A stretch of DNA of 64,000 nt from Eledone cirrhosa (taxonomy: Eukaryota). How positions within the stretch are numbered: position 1 is the stretch's first letter; each line of letters opens with the position of its first letter. The notes under the pieces were generated by a model that was not told where the DNA came from, did not search any database, and saw nothing but the letters and a program-made list of their open reading frames with translations. Below, in pieces: positions 13,363-30,200 of this stretch. Both the position numbers and the translations under genes were made by a program. The stretch spans positions 42,470,001-42,534,000 of the forward strand of contig OZ024755.1 in the NCBI GenBank assembly GCA_964016885.1, written 5' to 3'.

Positions 13363-14081
13363 GTGTGAGCTGTCACACACACACACATAGGTGTGAGCTG
13401 TCACACACACACACAGGTGTGAGCTGTCACACACACACACACAGGTGTGAGCTGTGACACACACACACAGGTGTGAGCTGTCACACACACACACATAGGT
13501 GTGAGCTGTCACACACACACACACACACAGGTGTGAGCTGTCACACACACATACATAGGTGTGAGCTGTCACACACACACACATAGGTGTGAGCTGTCAC
13601 ACACACACACATAGGTGTGAGCTGTCACACACACACACAGGTGTGAGCTGTGACACACACACACATAGGTGTGAGCTGTCACACACACATTATTTTAGGG
13701 TCGGACGCCATGCTTTCCAGCATAGTTACGTCCCTTTATGATCTGAGTTCAAATCCCGCCAAGGTTGACTTTGTCTTTCATCCTTACAGGGTCGATAAAA
13801 TAAAGTACCAGTAATGCACTGGGTAATTGCTGGCCCTGTGCCTAAAGTAGTAACAATTATTTTTTATCATTTATTTTGTTTTGACCTGTTTAGCTTGATT
13901 TGGTTTTTGGCTTGGGTGGTTAATGCCTTCTTGACAACCTTTTCAGTTTTGTATGGCTTCTTAACACATTGTTTAGCTCTGGTTTTTAACTATTGAGCCC
14001 TTTGCCAGTATCATTTCTGATTTTTGCGTTTCGCTTCGCTTTCCCTGCCCGCCGAAATGCGATTCTCGCTGAATCTTTATT

Positions 14082-14120
<39 letters not shown>

Positions 14121-17100
14121 CAAAGGAATTGTGGTAAGGAACCAGATGGACCATAACGCACCAGAGTACTCAATACTTAGGGTAGTAGAGTGGGAAATAG
14201 GAAAAGGTATGACCCCGACGGCAGAGCTCAAGCCATTTCGGCAGCTATTTCTGGACTAAATTAGAATTTTTAGCCTGGTGAATAAATAGCCGAACTTGTT
14301 AAGGGGGTACTTCCTTATATGGGAAGATTGTAGTTGTCAACAGGATTGTTAAAAATTGTTGTAAACACAAATAAGTCTATCATGGCATTTGGTGGGAGGT
14401 AGGGGTGGCTGAACTTGCCTGTAGAACAATAGGGGTGCGAGTGGAGCGGTCAGGCGTTGAAAGTGATATGTATACAGCAGATTCTAAGGATAGAGTATGA
14501 AGTGGAGGAGGGAGGTTATAGAAAAGGTAAATCGAATGAGAGTAGGAGACAATAAAAGATAATAGAAAGAAATAAAGAAAAAAATCACAATGCTATCTTA
14601 CAATTATTTGTGTTTACAACAAATTTTAACCAATCCTCTTGACAACTACAATTCTCCCATATAAGGAAGTACCTCCTTAACATGTTCCGCTATTTATTCA
14701 CCAGGCTAAAAATTCTAATTTAGTACAGAAATAGCCGTCGAAACCGCTTTAGCTCTGCCGTCGGGGTCATACCTTTTCCTATATATATATATATCATCAT
14801 CATCATTCATCATCATTTCATTTTACGTCCGCTTTTTCCCTGCTTACAAGGGTGGGACGGGAACTGATTCTGGCTTGATTTCTACAGCTGGATGCCCTTC
14901 CTAACACCAACCTTATTTACAGTGAATGCTGGGTGCTTTTTTGCCGTGGCACCTCCACGACCACTTTGCAGTGGAATGATATGGACCCCAGTCCCTATCA
15001 TCTCATTTCTACAGCTGAGTAAACTGGAGCAATGTGAAATAAAGTGTCTTGCTCAAGGAAACAACACATCACCCGGTCCGAGAATTGAACTCACAACCTT
15101 TCGATTGCAAGACCAATGCTCTAACCACTATGCCATGTGCTTCCAATATATATATAAAAGTGTGTGTGTATATAAATAGACATGTTTATGTGTATGCCCA
15201 TGTGTGCGTATACACACATACACACATGTATAATATCTAAGGTAACATCAATTTCAAATAACTGAATATATACTTACTTCAATCATTTCCACATTCTTCC
15301 TTCCACCAACAAAACGTAAAAGTCTTGGTCTGTAATTTTCAGGTTCAACATGTCTAAATCCAGTCTCAGCGCCACCTTCCAATATTCTAGAAAAGAACAC
15401 AATATTTATTAACCCATTCATTGCCAGATTTCTAATCAAAAACTGCCTATAATTTTAAAATAATCTTCCAAAATAATGAATTATTAATTAAGCTGATGTT
15501 TGGAGCATAACTTAACAAAGGTTCTTACATAAAGTTATGATGGAAGGTTTTTATATTTACAATTTAAAACAGACACTTTACTATAAAAAATCATATGGCG
15601 AACTGGCAGAGTGGTTAGAACGTCAGATAGAATGGTAGAGTGGTTAGAACATCAGATAGAATGGTAGAGTGGTTAGAACGTCAGATAGAATGGTAGAGCG
15701 GTTAGAACGTCTGATAGAATGGCAGAGTGGTTAGAACATCAGATAGAATGGCAGAGTGGTTAGAACGTCAGATAGAATGGTAGAGCGGTTAGAACGTCTG
15801 ATAGAATGGTAGAGCGGTTAGAACGTCTGATAGAATGGCAGAGTGGTTAGAACGGCTGATAGAATGGCAGAGTGGTTAGAACGTCAGATAGAATGGTAGA
15901 GTGGTTAGAACGTCAGATAGAATGGTAGAGTGGTTAGAATGTTAGATTGAATGGTAGAGTGGTTAGAACGTCAGATAGAATGGTAGAGTGGTTAGAACAT
16001 CAGATAGAATGGTAGAGTGGTTAGAACGTCAGATAGAATGGTAGAGTGGTTATAAGGTCTGATAGAATGGTAGATCGTTAGAACGTCAGATAGAATGGTA
16101 GTGTGGTTAGAACGTCAGATAGAATGGTAGTGTGGTTAGAACGTCAGATAGAATGGTAGAGTGGTTAGAATGTTAGATAGAATGGTAGAGTGGTTAGAAT
16201 GTTAGATAGAATGGAAGAGTGGTTAGAACGTCAGATAGAATGGTAGAGTGGTTAGAATGTTAGATTGAATGGTAGAGTGGTTAGAACGTCAGATAGAATG
16301 GTAGAGTGGTTAGAATGTTAGATAGAATGGTAGAGTGGTTATAACGTCAGATAGAGTGGTAGAGTGGTTAGAATGTTAGATAGAATGGTAGAGTGGTTAT
16401 AAGGTCTGATAGAATGGTAGATCGTTAGAACGTCAGATAGAATGGTAGAGTGGTTAGAACGTCAGATAGAATGGTAGAGTGGTTAGAATGTTAGATAGAA
16501 TGGTAGAGTGGTTATAACATCAGATAGAATGGTAGAGTGGTTAGAACGTCAGATAGAATGGTAGAGTGGTGAGAACGTCAGATAGAATGCTTTGTGTTAT
16601 TCGTTTCAGCTCTCTGAGTTCAAATCCCACCGAGGTTAACTTTGCCTTTCATACATTCGAGGTGGATAAAAAGTACCAGTCAAGTACTGGGGTCAATTCT
16701 TCCTCTATTTCTCTTTCCCACTTCTATTCTCTCACTCTCTCTATACTTCCCCCGAAAGAAATCTGGGAGAGAGGGAGAGAGATTCTTGGGAAAGGCATGA
16801 GCATCACAACAGAAATTGTCTTGAAATATCAGGTTTCGGAAAAAGAACCAGGTTTAAATCAGAAGTCATCAAATCTTTCAGAACGTTGACTCCTTGTCGA
16901 CCCCAGACAAAATAAATAAACAATAATAAAAATCAGAAAACTGTAAAAGGATGTTGATTTATTACCTCCCTCACATTCTGAGTTCAAATCCCACCAAGGT
17001 AGCTTTGCCTTTCATATTTACGGGGCTCAATAAAATAAAGCACCAGTAACGTTGATTTAGTTGACTTTCCCCACCCACATTTACTTTCATTCCTTATAGA

Positions 17101-20100
17101 GACAGGTTTTGGCCCAAAAGTTCAATCGACCCCCGCTTGCCCTTGAGTAGTGCCATCAGCCCCTAGGGGGCAGATTGACAACTTTAAGAACTCCTATTGT
17201 AAATATTTAACCCTTTAGCATTTACATTACTCTATATTTACTATTATATTTTCACAGTAAAGGATTTATCTTGCATAATTATCTCACATAATATTGAATC
17301 TATGAAATTTCGGTATTTTGTATTTTGAGAACAATAACGTAACATAAGTATGAGCAGCTGGTTATGGCTGGTTTGAACAGAAAGAAGTGAGAGAATTCTG
17401 GCTGGTTTAAATGCTAAAGGATTAAGAAACGAAGAAAACTTACATTAACTTCTCAAAGTATGATTTAAAGAGTGTACTCTCAGAACCTTGAACTTCTCGA
17501 TGTTGTACAGCTTTATCATCTAAGAGAGTGTCCAACTCAACAGTTTTATAAGCTGCTGTACCATATTCATCCTTGAAAGACAGAAATTAATGAGACATCA
17601 AATAATGTTTAGTCCTTAAAATGTTAAAAATTCTTTCAAAAGCCATTTAGTTACGTTACATAGTCACAGTTTCAATAGGTACCTCACACTCTAGTGAAAA
17701 GCTGGACAATCACAACTCATTTATCTGAAGTGAATAAAATAGCTCCAACTAGGTATATACGAGGTGGGTCAGAAAAGTTCCAGGACTGATGTCACAAAAG
17801 ATTTATTTCAAACCCAAACTTCACACTAAGAGTTTTCTCCTTCAAAGTTATTCCCCTGGAGTCTAATGCACTTTTCCATCCTTTTCTGCCACGCTTGCAT
17901 GCACTCCTGGAAGGATTCTTCCGGGATTCTCCACAGTAGTATCGTCACAGCCTTTTTGATGTCGTCCACGTCTTCAAAACGGGTCCCCTCCGGGTCGTAC
18001 TCGAAGATCCATGACTCATCACCGGTGATGACTGTCCCTAGCAAGTCTGGTTCGGTTTCCAGACGCTCGAGAATGTCCTGGCACACTTGCATGCGTCGAC
18101 CCTTCTGGTCATCATTCAGCAGTTTTGGCACCAGCTTCGCGCAGAATTTCCGCATGTCCAAATCTTCAGTGAGAATCTTCCAGATGCTGTCCCGATTCAT
18201 GCCCAGCTCATTTGCCATCAGTTGAACAGTCAGCCGACAATCGCTACGCACCATCTGCCTGACACGCTCAATGTTGACCTCAGTCCTGGTTGTTGAGGGC
18301 CTTCCGCTCCTGAGGTCATCTCCCACGTCCTCGCATCCTTCTTTAAACCTCTTGCACCACTCAAAAATACGTGAGCGTCTCATCGTCTCATCTCCATACA
18401 CTTGCTGCAGCAACCGTACCAGAAACTTCAAGTTTGTTCGTTGCTCTGTGCTCATTGCTTGACGACCTGAAACAGAGGACATGTATATAAAATTTTGAAG
18501 AAAAAAGTTTGATCGCTGCAGAGAGCTAAGATTACAGTTACATACTCCAGGGGGATTACTTTGAAGGAGAAAACTCTTAGTGTGAAGTTTGGGTTTGAAA
18601 TAAATCTTTTGTGACATCAGTCCTGGAACTTTTCTGACACACCTTGTATATATCATCATCATCATCATTTTACGTCCGCTTTTCCCTGCTTGCAAGGGTG
18701 GGACGGGTCCTATTCAGCACAGCATCTCTCCACTTGTCACGGTCCTTCGTCATTTCCTCTGTGAGCTTCAGCGATCTGAGGTCTGCTCTCACCACCTCCG
18801 CCCGTGTTTTTCGTGCTCTTCCTCTACTGCATCTTCTTTCTTTCTACTGGGATTTCTTGGCACTTCTTTACCCAGTGGTCATCTTCCATGCGCATCATAT
18901 ATATTGTTATACTTGGGGGGGGGGGGGGGGGGCAATGCTGCCAATAAAACACATGGACCTATCAGATTTCACTTCAATTTATTATAAGTTCCCAGTCAGT
19001 TTAATAACTGCATGGGTGTTTAGTTGTTGATTGCCAATGCTCTTTTGTCACATATTCTGTGACCTCTTTAGTAACTAAATTTGTGTTATTTTGTATCGGA
19101 GTTGTTGCTCTGTGTATCCTCATTGCTGCTACCCACTGGAACTGCCGAGAATATATAGTAATCTCAAATGTAGCCATCAGTTGATTAGCCTAATTTGCAT
19201 ACCGAGTGATTTTACGGCCAGCTTTGCCAAAAATTAAAAACAAAATTTGTTTTTTAACATCTGACAGATCCTTCACAAGTCGAAGATCATCTTCTGTTGA
19301 GTAACACCATGTTGTCTGCAAATTCCAGCCGACTGATTTAACACCCACCAGTCATGATACCACTTCCAATCTTGTTTATGTTAATAATGAACAGGAGAGG
19401 TGACTCTGAGCAAGAGGGTTGGATAATATCCATGGGCTTAGCTGGTCTCACTTGGGGATCTAGCCAGATCAGTTGGAGGTGGTTGCTTCTGACAGGGCCT
19501 GCTGAAAGTAGTGTTTGAGGACTCTGCCTCCACGACCCTCTCAGGAATAAGTGGGCAAAGAAGAAGAAGAAGCATGTTTACATACTCAGGTTCATATACA
19601 CATTAACACATATGTGTATGCATGCACACACACTCTTTCTCTCTCTACAAACCTGAAACATGGCTTTGTTAAGGTTTCGTTCTATACTAGTAAAAACGAT
19701 AAATGATGTATTTTTAAATGACACGTTGACAATGTGAGTATATACCTGACCAATACAAGAATACATATTTAAATTATATTTATTAGCAGCAAGAATATTT
19801 CTTACCTGAGAACTATTTTTTCCAATCCAGAAGTGAACATCATACTTAAGATCTTCCGAGTCATCAACTTTGTAAGTCTACAGTCAGAGAAAGAAAATCA
19901 GTTTTGAGATTATATATATATAGTAATAATAATAAATGCGAAGACTAAAATTCAAAGAGGGCTCGATAAGGATAAATATATATCAAATATACAAGATCCC
20001 ATTAAGGGTGAAAGCAGCGATTCTTTGCTTAAACTTAAATCTGTTATTTTAATTAATAAATATATATACGGTGACCCAGCATGGCCTCAGCCGGATGGCT

Positions 20101-20117
20101 GAAACGGGTAAAAGAGA

Positions 20118-20152
<35 letters not shown>

Positions 20153-20802
20153 TACATTCACTTACATACACATATACATACATACACATATACATATATA
20201 TATACATACTTACATACATACACATATGTACATACATATACCCGTCTAACCCCTGCTAGCGTGGAAGATAGACATTAATCGATGATGATAATGACATACA
20301 TACATATTATATATATTACATATACATACATTATATATATATATATTATATATTAGATATACATATATTATATATATATATATATTACATATCATCATCA
20401 TCTTTGTTTAAAGTCCATTTTCCACACAAGCATGGGTTAGACGGGAGTTGTCCCACTTGAGGCAAGGTAGGTCGGGTGACCATGTCTCGCTCATATAGAA
20501 CTGTCTGGCAGGTTTTCTAGGGCTGGATGCCCTTCCTAACACCAACCACAGTTACATATACATATATATATTACATATACATACATTATATATATGCATA
20601 TATATATTACATATACATACATTGTATATATATATATATATATATATTACATATACATACATTGTATATATGCATATATATTACATATACATACATTGTA
20701 TATATACATATATATATTACATATACATACATTGTATATATATATATATATATTACATATACATACATTGTATATATACATATATATATTACATATACAT
20801 AC

Positions 20803-20843
<41 letters not shown>

Positions 20844-23800
20844 CATATACATACATTATATATATATATATATATATATATTACATATACATACATTGTA
20901 TATATACATATATATATTACATATACATACATTGTATATATACATATATATATTACATATACATACATTGTATATATATATATATATATTACATATACAT
21001 ACATTGTATATATACATATATATTACATATACATACATTGTATATATGCATATATATATTACATATACATACATTGTATATATATATTACATATACATAC
21101 ATTGTATATATATACATATATATTACATATACATACATTGTATATATGCATATATATATTACATATACATACATTGTATATATATATATATATATATTAC
21201 ATATACATACATTGTATATATATATATATATTACATATACATACATTGTATATATACATATATATATTACATATACATACATTGTATATATACATATATA
21301 TATTACATATACATACATTGTATATATACATATATATATTACATATACATACATTGTATATATACATATATATATTACATATACATACATTGTATATATG
21401 TATATATATATATTACATATACATACATTGTATATATACATATATATATTACATATACATACATTGTATATATACATATATATATTACATATACATACAT
21501 TGTATATATACATATATTACATATACATACATTGTATATATATATATTACATATACATACATTGTATATATACATATATATATTACATATACATACATTG
21601 TATATATACATATATATATTACATATACATACATTGTATATATACATATATATATTACATATACATACATTGTATATATACATATATATATTACATATAC
21701 ATACATTGTATATATACATATATATATTACATATACATACATTGTATATATACATATATATATTACATATACATACATTGTATATATGTATATATGTATA
21801 TATATATTACATATACATACATTGTATATATATATATATATATTACATATACATACATTGTATATATACATATATATATTACATATACATACATTGTATA
21901 TATACATATATATATTACATATACATACATTGTATATATACATTGTATATATACATATATATATTACATATACATACATTGTATATATACATATATATAT
22001 TACATATACATACATTGTATATATACATATTACATATACATACATTGTATATATACATATTACATATACATACATTGTATATATACATATATATATTACA
22101 TATACATACATTGTATATATACATATATATATTACATATACATACATTGTATATATGTATATATATATTACATATACATACATTGTATATATACATATAT
22201 ATATTACATATACATACATTGTAGATATACATATATATATTACATATACATACATTGTATATATACATATATATATTACATATACATACATTGTATATAT
22301 ATATATATATTACATATACATACATTGTATATATATATATATATATTACATATACATACATTGTATATATATATATATATATTACATATACATACATTGT
22401 ATATATATATATATATATATTACATATACATACATTGTATATATACATATATATATTACATATACATACATTGTATATATACATATATATATTACATATA
22501 CATACATTGTATATATATATATATATATATTACATATACATACATTGTATATATATATATATATATTACATATACATACATTGTATATATATATATATAT
22601 ATTACATATACATACATTGTATACATATATATATATATTACATATACATACATTGTATATATATATATATATATTACATATACATACATTGTATATATAC
22701 ATATATATTACATATACATACAGTGTATATATACATATATATATTACATATACATACAGTGTATATATACATATATATATTACATATACATACATTGTAT
22801 ATATGTATATATATATTACATATACATACATTGTATATATGTATATATATATTACATATACATACATTGTATATATGTATATATATATTACATATACATA
22901 CATTGTATATATGTATATATATATATTACATATACATACATTGTATATATGTATATATATATTACATATATATACATTGTATATATACATATATATATTA
23001 CATATACATACATTGTATATATACATATATATATTACATATACATACATTGTATATATACATATATATATTACATATACATACATTGTATATATACATAT
23101 ATATATTACATATACATACATTGTATCATCATCATCATCAACGTTTAACGTCCGTGTTCCACGCTTGCATGGGTTTGGATGGGGGTAGTCCAACTTGAGG
23201 CAAGAGTGATTGTCTTGCTCGCATAGGACTGTCTGGCAGGTTTTCTACAGTTGGATGCCCTTCCTAACACCAACCACATTTACAGTGTGGGTCTGGGAGG
23301 TTTTTACCATGTTGCCTACACGGCCACATTACAGCGTGGACTGTGTGTTTTTTTGTCGTGACACCTACACGATCTCATTTGTTTCGGCCTCGATGGCGCG
23401 GCACCAACATAACTTTACATAGAACGGGGTGGTGTGGATCGGGTGGGGGTGGTGGTGGTGGGACGGGGTGTATTTTGTTAGAGATGCCTACTGGCTGGAG
23501 TAGGTTTTACTATATATTTAGGTAAGGCGGGTCTTCTCTGTTACTGAGTACCGCCAAAGGTCTCGGTCCAGTGACATTGTCTTGGAGAGGTGTAAGTGTG
23601 TGATGTCGGAGTTTATCAGCTCGTCCCAGGTTTTTCTAGGTCTGCCTATTCCGTGACTACCGTCTATCTTTATTTCCCTGCACTTTGTTATACAGCTATC
23701 GACTTTCATGCGCATCACATGTCCATACCAACGTAGCCTTCTCTCGAGTAAACAACATCTGATCCCTCTTATCTCTAACTTTTTCCTTAGTTCGTTTATG

Positions 23801-24178
23801 CTTTGCCGTTCACGTATATTACTGTTACACATCCAGCGGAGCATGCAAGCTTCGTTCCTCTCTAGTCTGCGTATATCCTCTGCACACAATGCCCAGGTCT
23901 CACTGCCATGCAGCATTGCTGTTCGTATGCAGGCATCGTACAACCTGCCTTTCATTTTTAGTGAGAACCCTTTAGCAGCTAATAGTGGTATAAGCTCTCT
24001 GAACTTTTTCCAACCAGTTCTGACTCTAGCTACAGTACTTTCAGAGCACCCTCCCCCACTGCTGATTTTATCGCCCAGGTAACGGAAGCTGTCCACTATT
24101 TCTATAGAACCCTCTGCGCAATTGAAAGAGCTAGTATTTTGTGGGCACTTGCTGCTACTTATATGTTACATATACATA

Positions 24179-24214
<36 letters not shown>

Positions 24215-27200
24215 CATATACGTACATTGTATATATATATATATATATTACATATACATACATTGTATATATATATATATATAATACATATACATACATT
24301 GTATATATACATATATATTACATATACATACATTATATATATACATATATATATTACATATACATACATTGTATATATACATATATATATTACATATACA
24401 TACATTGTATATATACATATATATATTACATATACATACATTGTATATATATATATATATATATATATTACATATACATACATTGTATATATATATATAT
24501 ATATTACATATACATACATTGTATATATACATATATATTACATATACATACATTGTATATATATATATATATATATTACATATACATACATTGTATATAT
24601 ACATATATATTACATATACATACATTGTATATATACATATATATATTACATATACATACATTGTATATATGTATATATGTATTACATATACATACATTGT
24701 ATATATGTATATATATATTACATATACATACATTGTATATATGTATATATATATTACATATACATACATTGTATATATGTATATATATATATTACATATA
24801 CATACATTGTATATATACATATATATATTACATATACATACATTGTATATATACATATATATATTACATATACATACATTGTATATATATATATATATAT
24901 ATATATTACATATACATACATTGTATATATATATATATATATTACATATACATACATTGTATATATATATATATATATTACATATACATACATTGTATAT
25001 ATATATATATATATTACATATACATACATTGTATATATACATATATATTACATATACATACATTATATATATACATATATATATTACATATACATACATT
25101 GTATATATACATATATATATTACATATACATACATTGTATATATATATATATATATTACATATACATACATTGTATATATATATATATATATTACATATA
25201 CATACATTGTATATATATATATATATATATATATTACATATACATACATTGTATATATATATATATATATTACATATACATACATTGTATATATGTATAT
25301 ATATATTACATATACATACATTATATATATATATATATATTACATATACATACATTGTATATATATATATATATATATATATTACATATACATACATTGT
25401 ATATATATATATATTTATTACATATACATACATTGTATATATATATATATATATTACATATACATACATTGTATATATATATATATATTACATATACATA
25501 CATTGTATATATATATATATATATTACATATACATACATTGTATATATATATATATATATATTACATATACATACATTGTATATATATATATATATATAT
25601 ATTACATATACATACATTGTATATATGTATATATATATTACATATACATACATTGTATATATGTATATATATATTACATATACATACATTGTATATATAC
25701 ATATATATATTACATATACATACATTGTATATATATATATATATTACATATACATACATTGTATATATGTATATATATATTACATATACATACATTGTAT
25801 ATATATATATATATATTACATATACATACATTGTATATATGTATATATTACATATACATACATTGTATATATACATATATATATTACATATATATATATT
25901 GTATATATATATATATATATTACATATACATACATTGTATATATACATATATATATTACATATACATACATTGTATATATATATATATATATTACATATA
26001 CATACATTGTATATATGTATATATATATTACATATACATACATTGTATATATATATATATATATTACATATACATACATTGTATATATGTATATATATAT
26101 TACATATACATACATTGTATATATGTATATATATATTACATATACATACATTATATATATATATATATATTACATATACATACATTGTATATATATATAT
26201 ATATATTACATATACATACATTGTATATATATATATATATATTACATATACATACATTGTATATATATATATATATATATTACATATACATACATTGTAT
26301 ATATATATATATATATTACATATACATACATTATATATATATATATATATATTACATATACATACATTGTATATATACATATATATATTACATATACATA
26401 CATTGTATATATACATATATATATTACATATACATACATTGTATATATATATATATATATTACATATACATACATTGTATATATACATATATATTACAAA
26501 TACATACATTGTATATATACATATATATTATATATACATACATTGTATATATGCATATATATATTACATATACATACATTGTATATATATATATATATAT
26601 TACATATACATACATTGTATATATATATATATATTACATATACATACATTGTATATATACATATATATATTACATATACATACATTGTATATATACATAT
26701 ATATATTACATATACATACATTGTATATATACATATATATATTACATATACATACATTGTATATTTGTATATATATATATTACATATACATACATTGTAT
26801 ATATACATATATATATTACATATACATACATTGTATATATACATATATATATTACATATACATACATTGTATATATACATATATTACATATACATACATT
26901 GTATATACATATATTACATATACATACATTGTATATATATATATTACATATACATACATTGTATATATACATATATATATTACATATACATACATTGTAT
27001 ATATACATATATATATTACATATACATACATTGTATATATACATATATATATTACATATACATACATTGAATATATGTATATATGTATATATATCATACA
27101 TATACATACATTGTATATATATATATATATATTACATATACATACATTGTATATATACATATATATATTACATATACATACATTGTATATATACATATAT

Positions 27201-30200
27201 ATATTACATATACATACATTGTATATATGCATATATATATTACATATACATACATTGTATATATGCATATATATATTACATATACATACATTGTATATAT
27301 ACATTGTATATATACATATATATATTACATATACATACATTGTATATATACATTGTATATATACATATATATATTACATATACATACAATGTATATATAC
27401 ATATATATTACATATACGTACATTGTATATATACATATATATATTACATATACATACATTGTATATATACATATATATATTACACATACATATATTGTAT
27501 ATATACATATATATATTACATATACATACATTGCATATATGTATATATATATTACATATACATACATTGTATATATGTATATATATATTACATATACATA
27601 CATTGTATATATACATATATATATTACATATACATACATTGTATATATACATATATATATTACATATACATACATTGTATATATACATATTACATATACA
27701 TACATTGTATATATACATATATATTACATATACATACATTGTATATATACATATATATATTACATATACATACATTGTATATATACATATATATATTACA
27801 TATACATACATTGTATATATGTATATATATATTACATATACATACATTGTATATATACATATATATATTACATATACATACATTGTAGATATACATATAT
27901 ATATTACATATACATACATTGTATATATACATATATATATTACATATACATACATTGTATATATATATATATATATTACATATACATACATTGTATATAT
28001 ATATATATATATTACATATACATACATTGTATATATATATATATATATATTACATATACATACATTGTATATATACATATATATATTACATATACATACA
28101 TTGTATATATACATATATATATTACATATACATACATTGTATATATATATATATATATATATTACATATACATACATTGTATATATATATATATATATTA
28201 CATATACATACATTGTATATATATATATATATATTACATATACATACATTGTATATATATATATATATATTACATATACATACATTGTATATATATATAT
28301 ATATATATTACATATACATACATTGTATATATATATATATATATTACATATACATACATTGTATATATACATATATATTACATATACATACAGTGTATAT
28401 ATACATATATATATTACATATACATACATTGTATATATGTATATATATATTACATATACATACATTGTATATATGTATATATATATTACATATACATACA
28501 TTGTATATATGTATATATATATTACATATACATACATTGTATATATGTATATATATATATTACATATACATACATTGTATATATGTATATATATATTACA
28601 TATACATACATTGTATATATACATATATATATTACATATACATACATTGTATATATACATATATATATTACATATACATACATTGTATATATACATATAT
28701 ATATTACATATACATATATTGTATATATACATATATATATTACATATACATACATTGTATATATATATATATATATGTTACATATACATACATTGTATAT
28801 ATATATATATATATATATATTACATATACATACATTGTATATATATATATATATATTACATATACATACATTGTATATATATATATATATATTACATATA
28901 CATACATTGTATATATACATATATATTACATATACATACATTGTATATATACATATATATTACATATACATACATTATATATATACATATATATATTACA
29001 TATACATACATTGTATATATACATATATATATTACATATACATACATTGTATATATACATATATATATTACATATACATACATTGTATATATACATATAT
29101 ATATATTACATATACATACATTGTATATATATATATATATATTACATATACATACATTGTATATATACATATATATTACATATACATACATTGTATATAT
29201 GTATATATATATTACATATACATACATTGTATATATACATATATATATTACATATACATACATTGTATATATACATATATATATTACATATACATACATT
29301 GTATATATACATATATATATTACATATACATACATTGTATATATACATATATATATTACATATACATACATTGTATATATATATATATATTACATATACA
29401 TACATTGTATATATATACATATATATTACATATACATACATTGTATATATACATATATATTACATATCCATACATTGTATATATGCATATATTACATATA
29501 CATACATTGTATATATATATATATATATTACATATACATACATTGTATATATATATATATATATTACATATACATACATTGTATATATGTATATATATAT
29601 TACATATACATACATTGTATATATGTATATATATATTACATATACATACATTTTATATATACATATATATATTACATATACATACATTATATATATATAT
29701 ATATATTACATATACATACACTGTATATATATATATATATATTACATATACATACATTGTATATATATATATATATATATTACATATACATACATTGTAT
29801 ATATATATATATATATTACATATACATACATTATATATATATATATATATATTACATATACATACATTATATATATATATATATATATATTACATATACA
29901 TACATTGTATATATACATATATATATTACATATACATACATTGTATATATACATATATATATTACATATACATACATTGTATATATACATATATATATTA
30001 CATATACATACATTGTATATATATATATATATATTACATATATATACATTGTATATATACATATATATTACATATACATACATTGTATATATACATATAT
30101 ATACATACATTGTATATATGCATATATATATTACATATACATACATTGTATATATATATATATATATTACATATACATACATTGTATATATATATATATA

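Noticed and set aside
12326-13690. CRISPR-like constant repeat with variable spacers
   Set aside because: The spacers are only (CA)n runs, the repeat is 13 bp, there are no cas genes, and the context is a eukaryotic intron.
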